A stretch of 63,502 nt of DNA, filler included, from Circinaria calcarea (GCA_051942165.1; 17 parts of 17 records of this genome joined end to end with filler, not necessarily neighbours in it), one strand, 5' to 3'. Shown: positions 25,206-38,356, numbered from the whole stretch's first letter. The notes: generated by a model not told the origin, from the letters alone. Numbers and translations: made by a program.

Positions 25206-26139
25206 GAGTGTGTAAACTAGTAACTACCTATGCTACGAAAAAGTGCTTTTATGGTATATGTAGGAAGTGTTGAGCATGGACCTCCTATGCAATACATGCC
25301 TTGGTAAGCCCTATAACTTCCAACAACCCAATCCGAGCCGCTGTGATATTATAACTCCCAAAGCCTTAGCCAAACGGCTATCTCCACCTTCAAACCTATC
25401 TAACCACCCGCTTTTTCACCTCTTATTATCACTATCTAATCAAAAGTCCCTCGTAGTACATTTATCATTTAAATCCTCTCTAAACCCGCCCCCCCTTTCT
25501 TAAAGCTTTCTTTTTTAGACTCCTCCCACCTTAATATCCCACGTCTAGCCAAGACTAGTATTTTTTATATTTTTCCCCGTGATTCTAATCCAACGCTCTC
25601 CAACCCCCCCCCCCTTCTTAAAATCTCCATTTCCAGCATCCTCGGACTGCAATTCTCTCTCTCCCCCGGGGAAAAAAAGCTTCTAGCTCAGCGAAAAGGT
25701 CCTGTTTGAAAGGTTTTTTTTAAATCACCCTTTTCTTCTCCCCTCCCACCCTTCTTTTTCTTCCCTCTTTCCTCTTTCCCTTTCCCCTTTCCCCCAGACG
25801 CAGGGCTAGTGCTAGTCGCTAGTCAACAACACCTCAGACTCCCCAAACCCAAAACCCAAGAACGCGTTGAAAACTCTTTCCGGCTTTTTTCCCCTTTTCT
25901 TCTTTTCTCTCTCTCTCTTTCAGAATGAACTCAGGGCAAATACACATTTGACAGTATAGGTTTTATATCGTATGCCCTTATCATGCGCAGGGGGCGGTAA
26001 ACAGGCTTCTAATTTGTTAGTGTTGAGCAGCAGATGTATGGTTGCATTGCTACCTATGTGAGTGTGTAACTACCTAAGCTATCTAGGCAGCGAAAAAGTG
26101 CTTTTATGATGTGTAGGGAGTGTTGAGCATGGACCTCCT
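25206..26139. repeat. Imperfect ~80-bp direct repeat pair (25206-25286 and 26060-26139)
   Basis: Both copies contain GAGTGTGTAA..TAACTACCTA..CGAAAAAGTGCTTTTATG..TGTAGG.AGTGTTGAGCATGGACCTCCT. Confidence 0.85.
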
Positions 26140-28539
26140 NNNNNNNNNNNNNNNNNNNNNNNNNNNNNNNNNNNNNNNNNNNNTTAATTAATTAANNNNN
26201 NNNNNNNNNNNNNNNNNNNNNNNNNNNNNNNNNNNNNNNCTTTCCTTCCACCCTCACTAACCTCTCTATCCCGCCCACTCCAAGCATTGGAGATGGCATC
26301 TCTGACCGAATGCCAGCAAAGCGTTTCCCATAACGGCAACATTAAGCATCTCCTACCCTCGGTGAGAGGAGACGGTCAACCTATGCCGATGCCCCGGATT
26401 TACTGTCCACTGGTGGAAGAGGGAACCGCAGTCTATGGTGGAGGCAAAGTACTTCCTTGTACGACCGCTAGCATGCGGGCTTGGTAAGGAACTAGATAGG
26501 GCATCTAGCATGGTAATCTCATTCAGGACACACCTTCTACTTCCTTGCCGCTCAACTTGCTAGCATGGCCAGCGTCCTGGGCACTAGCACCTTCCTCGGC
26601 ATTCTCCGGCTCCCTTACATGTCGATGATAGCACGTCCCTTTTCTTCGTGCCATCTGGAAGTTGCTTCCATAACCACAAAGCACAGGAAGGCGAACAGTG
26701 TAGCGGCCATCGCCTATTGGAGGCATCCTTGGTTTTTTTAATTTTATACTTGAGTAATGGTAATTTGAAGAGAAGACTCTTCTGTCCTCGTTTAAGACGG
26801 TACTACGGTTCATTCTTAAATACCACGGGTACGGGTGTCCGGAACCCATGAGGCGGCGGAGATCCATCAAGGGGTCGAGGGTTGGAAGCCGCTTCTAGGA
26901 GTACGGTCAAATCAGGGTTCATGGGGTTCTTTTGGCGGCAGGTAGTATGTCGATTTCTCGACGAGCTGATAGGTTAAAATGGTAAAAATAAAAACCGAGG
27001 AATAATCGATTCTGGGAGGATTAAAAACGCTGCTCCGCGGCTTGCGACTTTTTCACTGCTATTCAGGAGGCCTCGTAGGGGTACAGTACCAATGATATGA
27101 GATATATGGTCCATGATGATTACTAATGGGAGGTTGGGAAACAAGATTAGTATAAGCAGTCAAAAGGCCAAGCGTGCCGATATCTTGTCTATCCCTATAG
27201 TAAATAATAGAACCCGTGTCTCTTTTAATTACTCATTAGTTAGAGTTTGGAAATCTACTGTATTTGGAGGTTGGATTTTCTTAGAAACAGGGAATCCTTT
27301 CGTCGCCGCACGATCCTACCAGACCAGATATTGCTCTTCAGGAGGACAGGGTAACTGAGGGAATTAATGAGGAAAAAAGCAACAATATATTCTTCCAGCC
27401 AATGCGAATCTTCCTCGAACAGATTCTCTAGTGTCGGGATGTTCGTCTGGTGAGAGGATAGGGTTCGTAGTGTATCGATTAATTGCTATCAAGAAACCCC
27501 ATTCGAATAACCGACTGATCTATCAGCAGCACCGTTATCGTCGTGTATGTTGTCAGCTTTACTCCACTTATTCCCCGTACGTAGTATTGGCACCTTCCAT
27601 GGACATGAGCTGCCAAGCACGTACCCTTAGTACTGGAGATTCTCGTCTCTCTGGATTTGTAATACGGCCTTTCCCTATCGAATATAACCAACGGGCAAAG
27701 GTGTTGACGGCTGATGATAATGGTGTGTTAGACCAGGTGCCAAGAAAGCGGGAGCATTTTTCTGGGGACAATGTATCGTGACATTAGATGAATATATACT
27801 GGATCTGAAAGGAACACTTTTGGCGACAGATGTATTCTCAAGGTAAATAATCTCATCGGTCCAGAATGGTCACTCGCTATAATCCAATCCGGATATAACT
27901 GTACTGTGACTGGCATTTGCGGGAATTCGATGACTATGTATGTGATTCTATAGCAGTTACTGCAACAGCAAGTCCCGGTCTAAACTAATGCTGCCCTCTC
28001 CTCTGAGTCTCTATATATAAGCGGCGAACATATGGTTGAACCAAGTTCACTGCGTAAACTAATGTCTCAATAGGCTGTCTTTTCTTTGCTTTATGGTCCC
28101 TAATCGATAACCTAATCTCTTCCCATTTTCCATCATTTTGTACTAGGAATATTTTTATTAACAACAAAACGTACATCGGCTGGATTAAAATCCATACCAT
28201 ATTATGGTGAGCCTTAAAGTCACGTTCGTAAGCTGTGTAGGTAAGGCAGTCGGAGAATTTACAACGTAACCCTAGCTTAGATTTGATTCCCCTGGTACGA
28301 CATCCTCGGTATGCGTGGAGGCTGTTTCTGGTAAACTTCTTCGATATGTCGATTGCAGAACATGATTAGAGTATTGCTCTTTGGCAGCAAGTTTTTGCCA
28401 CATATGGTAACCTTCTTAACATGGCCGCGAACTTCATTCGTGTTGTTGTCACGGCAGAGTATGGATTAAGGAATAGAATTGATTGATTCTATGACTATCT
28501 ATTCTGGGGCTATGTAGCCCCGCAGGCCCGCCTGCTCCT

Positions 28540-29040
28540 TCCCATAATATCTCTTCTTCCGGGATAAAGGCGGTCCTCGCCATCACCTGCTGGCCAGATC
28601 GGCCAGCAGCTTTAAAGGCCTGCCTCCGCTGCGTTTGCCTTTCCCCTTGCTAAATCGCGGTGAGCGATTGCGGTTTCTAGCCGCTCTTTCAAGGTCTTCA
28701 TCCGTTCTATCAAATCCACATACGCTGGCAGTTCCTCCTGCTGCCTTATGGGTGGTGGTTATACCTATTGGAAGGTTATTGGGTTAAGAGTTGTTAGGTA
28801 CTAACGATGGAGGCTTGCTGCTATTCTTTCCGACTCATTTGCTCTTCGTTTGCTCCATCATCGTCCGTCATTTCTGTGTCTTCGTCGGCCGCCTATCTGC
28901 CTGGCGGTTGAGTAATTGTTTGGTTGATTGTCGGTTGAGTAATTGGTTGGTTGACTGTTGATTGCAGCATTATAGGGTATCCTAGCACCTCCTGCCGTAG
29001 TCCATGCTCATTTACGCCAGTGATTTTTGATGCCTTCTGA
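28540..29040 (-). pseudogene. Degraded coding remnant of unknown family
   Basis: Residual coiled-coil-like frame QEELPAYVDLIERMKTLKERLETAIAHRDLARGKANAAEAG among TAA/TAG stops. Confidence 0.3.
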
Positions 29041-30537
29041 TGAAATCACTACGGTCACGTTGTGCAAGTGTATTTGTGAGGGTAATGTGATGGTATTGAG
29101 CTATCGAAATACTATGGGTTTATAGTAGTATTTATGGTAGTCATGACCTTGTAGCTTGCTCACTTAGAAGCGGAGCAGCAAACATGTAAATAAAGGGTTT
29201 ATTGAACTTCTGGGAGTATTCTGTATGTAATGCGCAGATGTGCAGAACTTCTGCACGGAAAACCACTCCTTCTGCCACATTCCAACACCTTCTTTATGAT
29301 CTTGTTTGTCAGCCCCCAATATCATCCTGCAGCAATGTACATGTGCTCCACCGGTATAAATGGTGATTGCTGTTTGATAAATGGACTCCTAATCTGTCCA
29401 GCAGGTTTCTTTTTAGCCAGTCCAAAGATATTGCCTTAGATTTTGCTGGGCTACTATAGGGACTATCATAGTCAATCGAATATATATTTCCCGTATCGGT
29501 AGACTCCGTCGCGAGAGCCAGCTGTCTGTCGAGGATGAATAGACTGTCCCTGGGCCGCTGTTTGCAACTCCAATGACCCCTGTATTTTGACCGAGCAAGT
29601 CGTGTGTATATCTGCTTCCCATGAATTTAACGGGTTATGCTTAATAGTACAAAGGTTCGCAATAAACTGTGACAGGAGACCTATTTCCCAGCTAGTTGAT
29701 CAAGTAACTGCGTAGTGAGCGAATCTTTGAAACATAGAACAAACTTCGGCATGAAATCTATCGTAATCGATATGCCGGACGCTTCCTTCCCGTAGCATAA
29801 GAGGTAGGGAAGTCAACAACGGTATTGTACAACGGAGATGGTTTACTGTGATAACTATAGTGTTGAAGCTGTGGCAAAGATNNNNNNNNNNNNNNNNNNN
29901 NNNNNNNNNNNNNNNNNNNNNNNNNTTAATTAATTAANNNNNNNNNNNNNNNNNNNNNNNNNNNNNNNNNNNNNNNNNNNNTGGCAGTGCACACTGCACC
30001 GTGCACTGCCATCCGCACTGCACCGGCTGCACTATTGGACGCCTTGGTGTACGTATGATTACTATGGAGTACCGCTAAAATACTGTGGGACTGCTGTAAA
30101 TGGAATCAAGGTCTGGGAACCGCTGAGATATGGAGCGACAAGCGTGACGTATTAGCGTCGTTTCCGGTTTCTTCCCCTACATGCCAGTTATAACATTCGC
30201 CTATTTCCGGCGAAATCTTCACGATCCTGGAATACGCGAGGAATCCATAAGCTATATTATTTTCCAAGACCAAGGCCTATTTCGTTATCGTGTTTATTCA
30301 TTATTCCAAGAAGCCCCGTTTCCAGTGCGGTTGACCAGGTGCTTACCAAAACCTATCTTTTCTGCTCCCCCCCTTTTTTGCCGAATCCGCTATCTTAAGC
30401 TTGTCCTGCATATACAAGGGTCCGTATAGCCTAGCGCCAAAATAGGCAGCAAAGCTGACGCAAGCTTAAAAGAACAACTACAGGCTTATTGCGCAGCCTT
30501 TTCCTTCTAGAGATTATGTTTTCAAAAAGGTTGTAAT

Positions 30538-33500
30538 ATGTGGGATAGCACGTTACTCATCCTGACGACCGCCTTGGTCACGTCTGTCTTAACTGTCCTC
30601 TTAACCTTCTCCCTTGTTCGTACCATTGTAATAACTTCCTCGGGCAAAAAAACAAATCCCACCGAAAAACTCGACCCGACAGAGGAACCAACCCCAACTA
30701 AAGAATCAACCTCGGCTAAGGAGCCGTCTCTACCAAAATATCCGGGCTTGTATCGAGCTCAAGGCATTCCTCTGGAGTATAGTAAAGATTCTGTCAAATG
30801 GCTGCTCCATTTGATCTTGGCGTGCGAAGAAGATTCCTTGGTTATTCATTCACTTGCGGACGATCCTCGAGGTAAACCAACCAAAGTGGCAGCCTTCACA
30901 CTCATAGGAGGTTCAGAGCATCTTTCTGGTAGGGGAAGAAGATGGACTTTTCCAGTTCCTAAAGAGGAATGTCCCAGCCGGAATACCCAATCACCGCTTG
31001 TCTCAATCGATGATCACTTCGAGGGCTTCACGCCCATGAACTCGTTTAAGACCAGCGAGGAACACAAGATCGAGTAAGCTATGTCATTTTATACTCGGGC
31101 ATTCCTTCGCTGACAATAGTAGCTTTATTGCTATCTCAGGTCTCGGGAGTAATGCCTACGGCTCCTTTGTAGAAAGAGGTGGTACTCATATGTGGCTTGC
31201 CGGTTCACTGCCGTATGACATTCCAGGTATTCGTGTATTGACGTATGGATATGATTCCCATTTGCACAACAGCGATTCCTTTCAAGACCTTGAGGCGATA
31301 AGTTCTTCATTCAGAACCAACATTGGGACCATAAGACCCAAAGTCGATGTAAGTGGCATTGGAAATTATCAGTCTCTTTCGTATTCGCTAAGAAATCAGC
31401 ATGATATACCACCCAAGCCTCTGATTTTCCTTGGCCACAGTTTAGGAGGAGTAATATTGAAGATGGTATTTCTCTCTATACCTGTTGAAATCCGAGGGCT
31501 TACGAATCTGAAGGCTCTGGTGCAAATGAACAACAGCGCTCATAAGATTGATAAAGAAAACTTCCTATCTACCTACGCGGCCTTATTCTTTGGCGTGCCC
31601 AATCAAGGGATGGATATTGGCTCATTGATACCAATGGCCGGGGGACAGAACTTACCTATGTTAATGAACTTAGGCAAGGAATCTGAGCTTCTTCGTGGTT
31701 TACATCGAGAGTTTCTTTCCAACTTTACCTACAAGACTTCCAGAATCATCTCCTATTATGAGACCAAAGTTTCACCAACTGCAATACAGGTAGACGGCCG
31801 GTGGAAGATGAAAGGCAAACGGGTTGTATTGGTCAGCCAGTCTTCCGCAACTCATGGCCGACCATGGGAGAACCAACCGCATCATATACAGGCAATCAAT
31901 CGCAGTCATTCAAATCTGGTGAAATTTTCCTCTGACGATGAGGTTTATGACAGGATTCTAGTTCGGCTGAAGGAATTTGCTGAAGACTCAATCAAAGTAA
32001 TCCAGCGGCGCTTTGAAGACAATGCAGGTACAGCACACTTTCTCAACAATTAATCGTTAAGGAGCGACGGGGCTAGTAATTAAAAGCAATTTGATATTTG
32101 AGTACAAGACAGAAGTTCTGGCTTATTTGGGTTATTATTCTTTACTTAAAGTGCCGTTTACGCTTGTACGCCTTTATAATATGATATTTTCGAGAGTTAT
32201 TAGAAAATTATATTTAGCACCTACAATTAGTAATTACAGTTACCTAGCGCTTCACTAACATTGTCCGTAGATCTCTCGCATGAGCAACACCAATGTTTGA
32301 GGGATTTAAACCGTCCCCGGTTTTGGGAAATTCGAGATACAAAGATCCACCAGCCAGAGCCAGGAACACTAAGATGGCTCTATAAAACCCCAGAGTTTCA
32401 ATCTTGGCGCGATAACGAACACTTCTCCACGCTATGGATCAGAGGCTCACCAGGTCAAGGAAAATCAGTCCTCGCAAAAGCTGTTATAAACCATTTAGAT
32501 GAATGGTCAAAGTTAATTCCACGTGATTCGTCGACGTCAATAACAAATCTCGGTTCTGTCAAAGTGATTTATTTCTTTTTCTATAAACAAGATGAAGAGA
32601 AGACCTTTAGCACACCGCAATCTCTGATACGCGCCCTTATTGTTCAGCTCTTGACAGCGTCACGCATTTTTGAACATCTTCCAAGAACATACCAAGCCAG
32701 GCCGGGTGAGTTCTTTACAGAACGGTTTGGGACCTTATGGAATATCTTTTGCGATCTTGTATGCGATCCCCTTTATAGCAGGATATACTGCGTTATCGAT
32801 GCATTAGATGAATGTGAGGAATCTGTGTCAGACTTACTTTCTGGATTTAAGAAAGTCTTTTCTGGATTGATGCTCAACGGCCGCTTACGTCTAAAGCTAC
32901 TCATAACGACCAGACCGATGCCAGACCTTGCAAACGAGCTGGACAGTTCTCCATGTATCGATCTCAAAGCAAAAACGGAAGACCTTAAGCTTTTTGTGCA
33001 GAAGAAAATCTCGAACCTTCCTCAAAGATTCGGCCCTGAATTAAAAGGAAAGGCTACGGAATTATTATTAGGGCGGACAGAGAGAACTTTTCTATGGGTT
33101 TCGATTGTGACCAACAAAATAGAAAGAATGGTGCTTCCATCATTTGCTAAACTCACAACAGCCGTTGCTGAGAGCTCGACGGATTTGGATGAGTTATATT
33201 CCGATATAACTTACCAGGTCATGCGAGGCCCATTGGAAGGGCAAAAACTCTTGGCATGGGCTGCCTATAGTCGTCGGCCTTTGACACTTATAGAATTAGA
33301 GGCTGCTCTGGCGACGCAAATTGGTTCTGAGAGCAAGGAGTCTACCGAGGATTATCGAGCTAATCTAACTAAGGATGCGGTCGCTAGCACAGCTGGCGTA
33401 ATTCTGGAAATCACTGCGGACACCGTTCATTTGATTCATCAATCAGCGAAGGACTTTATTCTCAAAGGAAACCAACTGGCCAATTCCCCTTTTCTTTGCG

Positions 33501-33623
33501 GCTTAGGTCTTGCCGGCTCAGGTCCAGATACTTACATTGCTAAAATCTGTATGACATATCTGAATTTCGATGATTTCCAGGAAGGTCCCTGTGGTTCCTG
33601 GCAGGTACTAGCGGAGCGGAAAG
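30538..33623 (+). CDS. Fungal NLR-like protein: TM anchor + SesB/DUF676-like alpha/beta hydrolase + NACHT + helical domain, 5 exons, 3' truncated
   Basis: DFIAISGLGSNAYGSF, RVLTYGYDS, nucleophile elbow GHSLGG, FFGVPNQG, HSNLVKF; Walker A GSPGQGKS, Walker B CVIDALDEC, LLITTRP, TFLWVS, VHLIHQSAKDF. Confidence 0.9.
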
Positions 33624-33723
33624 NNNNNNNNNNNNNNNNNNNNNNNNNNNNNNNNNNNNNNNNNNNNTTAATTAATTAANNNNNNNNNNNNNNNNNNNNN
33701 NNNNNNNNNNNNNNNNNNNNNNN

Positions 33724-34816
33724 TGCTTATAGACCGTGTTCAATAGACTCCATACTATTGAGCCTAGGGCAACAGTTCAACTACACCCTATGTAACCGTG
33801 CTATCACCAATCGGGACTTATCATATTCCTCAATAGGCCCCAAGGATTGCAGCGCCCTTACACCGTGGTACACGTTCTATCAAGCTATTCTGGCCTTCTT
33901 AAGCCGATAGTATTTCGACCCTCGAGATAAGATATACTCTATGCTCTCTTTAGCCATATATCCAGTTTACCGAGATTTTAAGCCGAATTACCACGAAGAT
34001 GTTTCAGCATTGTATACGGAAATATTTACTCGTATGGTTCGAGAGGCCAATGGTAACTTTACTTGTTTCATGGGAGGAGCATTCGGATCTTTAATGCCAG
34101 GTCTTCCATTATGGGTTCGTGATTTTTCTCACACAAAACCTTTAGGTGTCGTTGCGGTTGAAGAAACGAGGGTCCGGTTTGTGAGGTTATATCAAGCATC
34201 TCTTGCACAACCCTTTCACCCCGTACCGAACGAAAAGAAAGAACTCCATTACAGAGCCACATACGCAGAAACAGTCAAAGCTGTTGGTCTAAATATTTCC
34301 CTTCCCAACACGGTTCTTCGTAAAGTTTTCGGCCAGTGGCTTGGTCTTTACAAAGAGGTAATGGGCACTTGCGAACCTAGAGTACTGCGCAATACATTTT
34401 CACGCATAATTTGCGGCGATGTATGCAAAACGCTTGATGGAGACTCAGAGTTCCGGAGAGCCAGAGAAACAGACTTTCCTGAAGAAGATGCATGGAATGA
34501 GCTTATAGACGGTGATCCATATGCTCTCGATCCGCGAGCCTATGGCTAGGGCCTAATCTTTGGCACAACGGGCAGATGTTTTTTCACCACTTACTCGAAC
34601 AAAATGGGATTATGTCATCCAAATACTCTTCCAGGAGATGAAGTATGGGTTATGAGAGGCATGCAAGTGCCATTTGTTATACGGCCTCTTGACTCCGCTG
34701 ATGCGGGATGTGCTGTTAAATATTCCTTTCTTGGTGATTGTTTTCTTAATGGTATTATGGATGGGGAGTTAAGCGAAAAGGAGAAATCAATGGAACAGCC
34801 TATAATTATGATTTAA
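33724..34816 (+). pseudogene. HET-6-like heterokaryon incompatibility gene, 3' part, with premature stops
   Basis: SR*YFDPRDKIYSML, LPLWVRDF, GRCFFTT..MGL..PGDEVWV..PFVIRP..GDCFLNGIMDGE; in-frame TAG at 33908 and 34547. Confidence 0.82.
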
Positions 34817-35387
34817 ACAAAAAGCTGTATTTATAGACTAAATTAGTCCCAGTTCATCGACGCAAAGTAAGACTATTGTATGTATTAATATTTGCTCTCG
34901 TTTAACGTCCGGCGCGCCTCTTTAGTGTATAAAGACGATCCTCTACCTTATTCTTCGCGCTCCCTGTGCTGTTCTCTCCCTGTGCTGTTCTCTCCTCACC
35001 TTTCGTCCCCCAATTCCTCCCTCTCCAAGTCCGCCTATAGCTGGACTACGGCATTTGCGGCCACGAGCAAGCTGCACACTTGATGCGTTGGCTTCATAAC
35101 CTCCTCCGTCGTGCGGCTCCATTATCCACGAGTTTCTCGGGCATAGCTGCACTCCTGTCATTCGCCCACTATCGAGCTGTTGTCGTTGACTTTAATTGCA
35201 CACTCCTACACGAGCCGGACTAGACTATGCTATGATGTTTCATATATCATGTTGGATCTGTCGCACTTCGATGTTTCCTTATGAACCGAAAGTCTCACGG
35301 TTGTGTATTGCCCGAAGTCGGTTTCGACCAAGATGAAAACGAGTATCTCATGTTCATCTGTTCAGGGTATATAATATATATACATAT

Positions 35388-35849
35388 ATGTTTTTAATTC
35401 TCAGACAATACTCCGAGCGGATCTCGAGCGTTATAACCCGCGTGCTCCGAGTCCCAGCCGACCGCTTAACGCCGCATATCCTGCCGCTCCACACCATCAA
35501 CATTTCCAACGACGGCAACACGGATTGCTTCCTCTGCCACATCCACGACACGCGGGCCTTCTGGGGCCAAGATGAAGGCTGGCGATATCGTGATGTCGCT
35601 CGGTTCGACCTCAAAATCGGCAACCTTGCTGTTGATGGCGTTTACTACGGCTTCAAGAGCTTCGCGTTCGACCACTTGCCACAGAATAAGGCTGCAGCAG
35701 ATTGGAGCATCTGGGGCGATGCGTTTGTCGCGAAGGTAACGGATGCGGAATATGGTGAACATGGATGGGCGATATATGAGGATGTACCAGATGAGCTGTT
35801 GCGTACAGGGTTGTATAAACGGATTCTGGAACGGCTGGCTGCGATGTAA
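35388..35849 (+). CDS. Uncharacterised fungal protein, main exon (5' structure unclear)
   Basis: Coding-like GC-rich frame RVLRVPAD..WGDAFVAKV..GWAIYEDVPDELL. Confidence 0.55.
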   Translation: MFLILRQYSERISSVITRVLRVPADRLTPHILPLHTINISNDGNTDCFLCHIHDTRAFWGQDEGWRYRDVARFDLKIGNLAVDGVYYGFKSFAFDHLPQNKAAADWSIWGDAFVAKVTDAEYGEHGWAIYEDVPDELLRTGLYKRILERLAAM

Positions 35850-36413
35850 GAGGGTTTGAGAATACTGAGGTTAGTGCTAGGGCTATAAGGATCGATTACA
35901 TGGATTACGAGCGATCATGGCTAGGTGTTTGGAAAGTAGCTGCTATGGAGTGCTGAGAGAGCAGAGATGGCGGGAGGGTTGAAAGGAATAGGGATTGGAG
36001 AGTAAATGGTGCTAAAATAAGGTGTTCAAACTCGCGGCCTTCAGACCCTGCTAGTTGTCGCCATAATAAATATACCAGAGCTATAATAGATAGTCCTCCA
36101 TGTTAACTAAGTACCTGCTCACCCTGCTCACCTTCATGAGCATACTGGGCAACCCTAACCAAGATTACCCCGTTCCGGAGCTGACCTCCCGTAGTATGGC
36201 ACTGACGCCATAACAGTACTCTGGGCAGAATACCAGGAGGGAGGATTATAGGAGGGATTGCGTGGTTGATATAATAAAGTTCGTGGAAGCAGTGAGTGGC
36301 ATTTCAGGGGCGCGTGGCAGATATTCGCTGTATAATATACGGAGTTTATAAGCTTGCTATGCCTTTATTATGCTTTTGTTTTTACAGGAGTTTACTATAC
36401 TGTACTAGCTATA

Positions 36414-37365
36414 CTAATGGGAGCCTTGTTTTGTTTCCCCGGCCATTGCCCTTGAAACCCTTTTCATTTGCCTCTTGCTTAAAGGCTTTTTCTCCTTTAC
36501 TACCGAATCTTCTTTCTGTGGCCAGATTTGCTGAGTCATACGCTCATCTTCCGCAGTCCATTCCCGCGGTAAGATAGCAAAGATCAAGTACGAAGTGTGA
36601 GTCTTTAATTCCGGCTCTACCCTGTGGATCAAATTCCCTTCCTTGTAGATACTACGATAAGCTTGTGCGTCTCGTATATTTTCAAGTCTCTTCTGCTTCG
36701 AAATACACCAAGCTGCCTCATCAGAACTAAGCCCATTAGCCGGCCCTGCGGAATCTGGTAGAGTGTCTTCATGGAAAGACTTGGCGCGACTCTCAAGTTC
36801 TCTCAGCCTGGTCACCGCTTCGTCAACCGATGCTGGGGATGCATTGACACCTCGGAGACCCTCTTCTTGTAAACCCACACGCTCTCTTCGCACCTCGATT
36901 CGCTTAGCAGTAATTTCTACCATCTCTATTTCGACCCAACCCATTTGTCTTAGCGTTGTGACCGTATGTTGTACTTGCTCGATGCAAGGTGAAAAGGTAC
37001 AGATGCGAATGGGGACATGCGGGTTAAGGGGTGTTGTATTTAGATGTTTTGATACTGTGTCGGACAAGTTAGAGGTATTATGCTCTCCACTTGTTGTCTT
37101 CTTTCCATCGCTCACAGACTTCTCTCCCAATGTACGTTTCCTGGTCAGATGCTCGAGAGCCAGCCAAGGTGCAGGAAGGTCAAGGAAGACAGCATCGGCT
37201 TGTAGAACCTGATGAGATCCCATGCTTGGTAAGAAGCCGTTGGCGCAAACGTCTCTATGGGTGATTTCAACAATTTGATCCAGACCATGTTCCCTAATTT
37301 CCGCGCTAAGCTTCTCAACTCGCTGTTGGTGAAACTCGAAGCTCCATACCTTCCCTTTTCTCGGC
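36414..37365 (-). CDS. GCD14: tRNA (adenine-58-N1) methyltransferase catalytic subunit, 3' part
   Basis: VWSFEFHQQR, HRDVC..GF, ADAVFLDLPAPW, CTFSPCIEQV, KTHTSYLIFA (Trm61 family). Confidence 0.93.
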
Positions 37366-38267
37366 NNNNNNNNNNNNNNNNNNNNNNNNNNNNNNNNNNN
37401 NNNNNNNNNTTAATTAATTAANNNNNNNNNNNNNNNNNNNNNNNNNNNNNNNNNNNNNNNNNNNNGATGGATCAATCGTTCCTGCAAGTCAGCCTCAACA
37501 GACCAAGGATGTTATCAGAGGCTGGATTAGCGGCTTGGGAGCTTGGGATCTGGCAGGGCTTGAACGAGCAGTCCTGGCAGGGAAAAGCCTCTGTGTAGCT
37601 GTCAGATTGGTGGTGGAGTGGAGCGAAAACTTTCACGACCTGCGCCAGGCTTTGCACCAAGAGCAAAGAAGCAAGAGGTTTGGCATCGAAGAGGCTGCGG
37701 AGGCTTGCAGTCTCGAGGTGAGGTGGCAGACTGGCATGTGGGGCGAAGTCGAGGATACTCACGATGTGGAGAAAGAAGACTTGGGTCGACAACTTGGTAG
37801 CGTCATCCTAGTGGTTGGGGGAAGGGCTTAGAGACGCTTTGACAAGCACAAGCTTACTCACAGTCCAACCTCCCAATCACACATCTTATCCAAGCTTGAA
37901 AGAATTCGCTTTTCGAGACTCGCCGCCAGAGCACGTCGGTTCAGGATCGTAATAACTGTTCATGATCCCGCAATTACCTCACTGCAATCCTTCGGTTGAG
38001 ATTCTCTGTTGATTTCCAAATATATCATCATCATCATCCAACGCGCTGATATCGAACTGGATATATAGGTGGAGAGGAACTTGAAATAAGGCTTGATCAC
38101 AGCTTCTGTCCGCGATCTACAGTAGGGTCAATCTCCTTAAATCAATACTTATTGAGGAGTGGCCTCTGGCACGCTGAGAAGAACTAGGAACTCTACCATC
38201 GCTCTCGTTGTTTGGACCGATTTCGACGGGATGACCTGGCTACGAAAATTGACCGTAGCCATTCGTG

Positions 38268-38356
38268 GCGGCTCATTAGATCGTGGCGGCTCGTCAGATT
38301 GTGGGGACTCATCAGATTGTGGCGACCCATCGGATAATGGCGACTCATCAGACAAT
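38268..38356. repeat. Degenerate 18-bp tandem repeat, ~5 units, inside a broken minus-strand ORF
   Basis: Translates as SDESPL SDGSPQ SDESPQ SDEPPR SNEPPR. Confidence 0.75.

Noticed and set aside
26523..26870. Possible Zn2Cys6 relic (C*CPGRWPC*Q..RCV) on the minus strand
   Set aside because: Cys spacing is incomplete and other frames are equally plausible.
27479..27916. Possible cytochrome P450 relic (VFLSDPVYIH)
   Set aside because: Only a few residues of resemblance and no diagnostic motifs.
22497..34816. Ankyrin + NACHT + HET as one incompatibility cluster
   Set aside because: They lie on three separate contigs ordered only by length.
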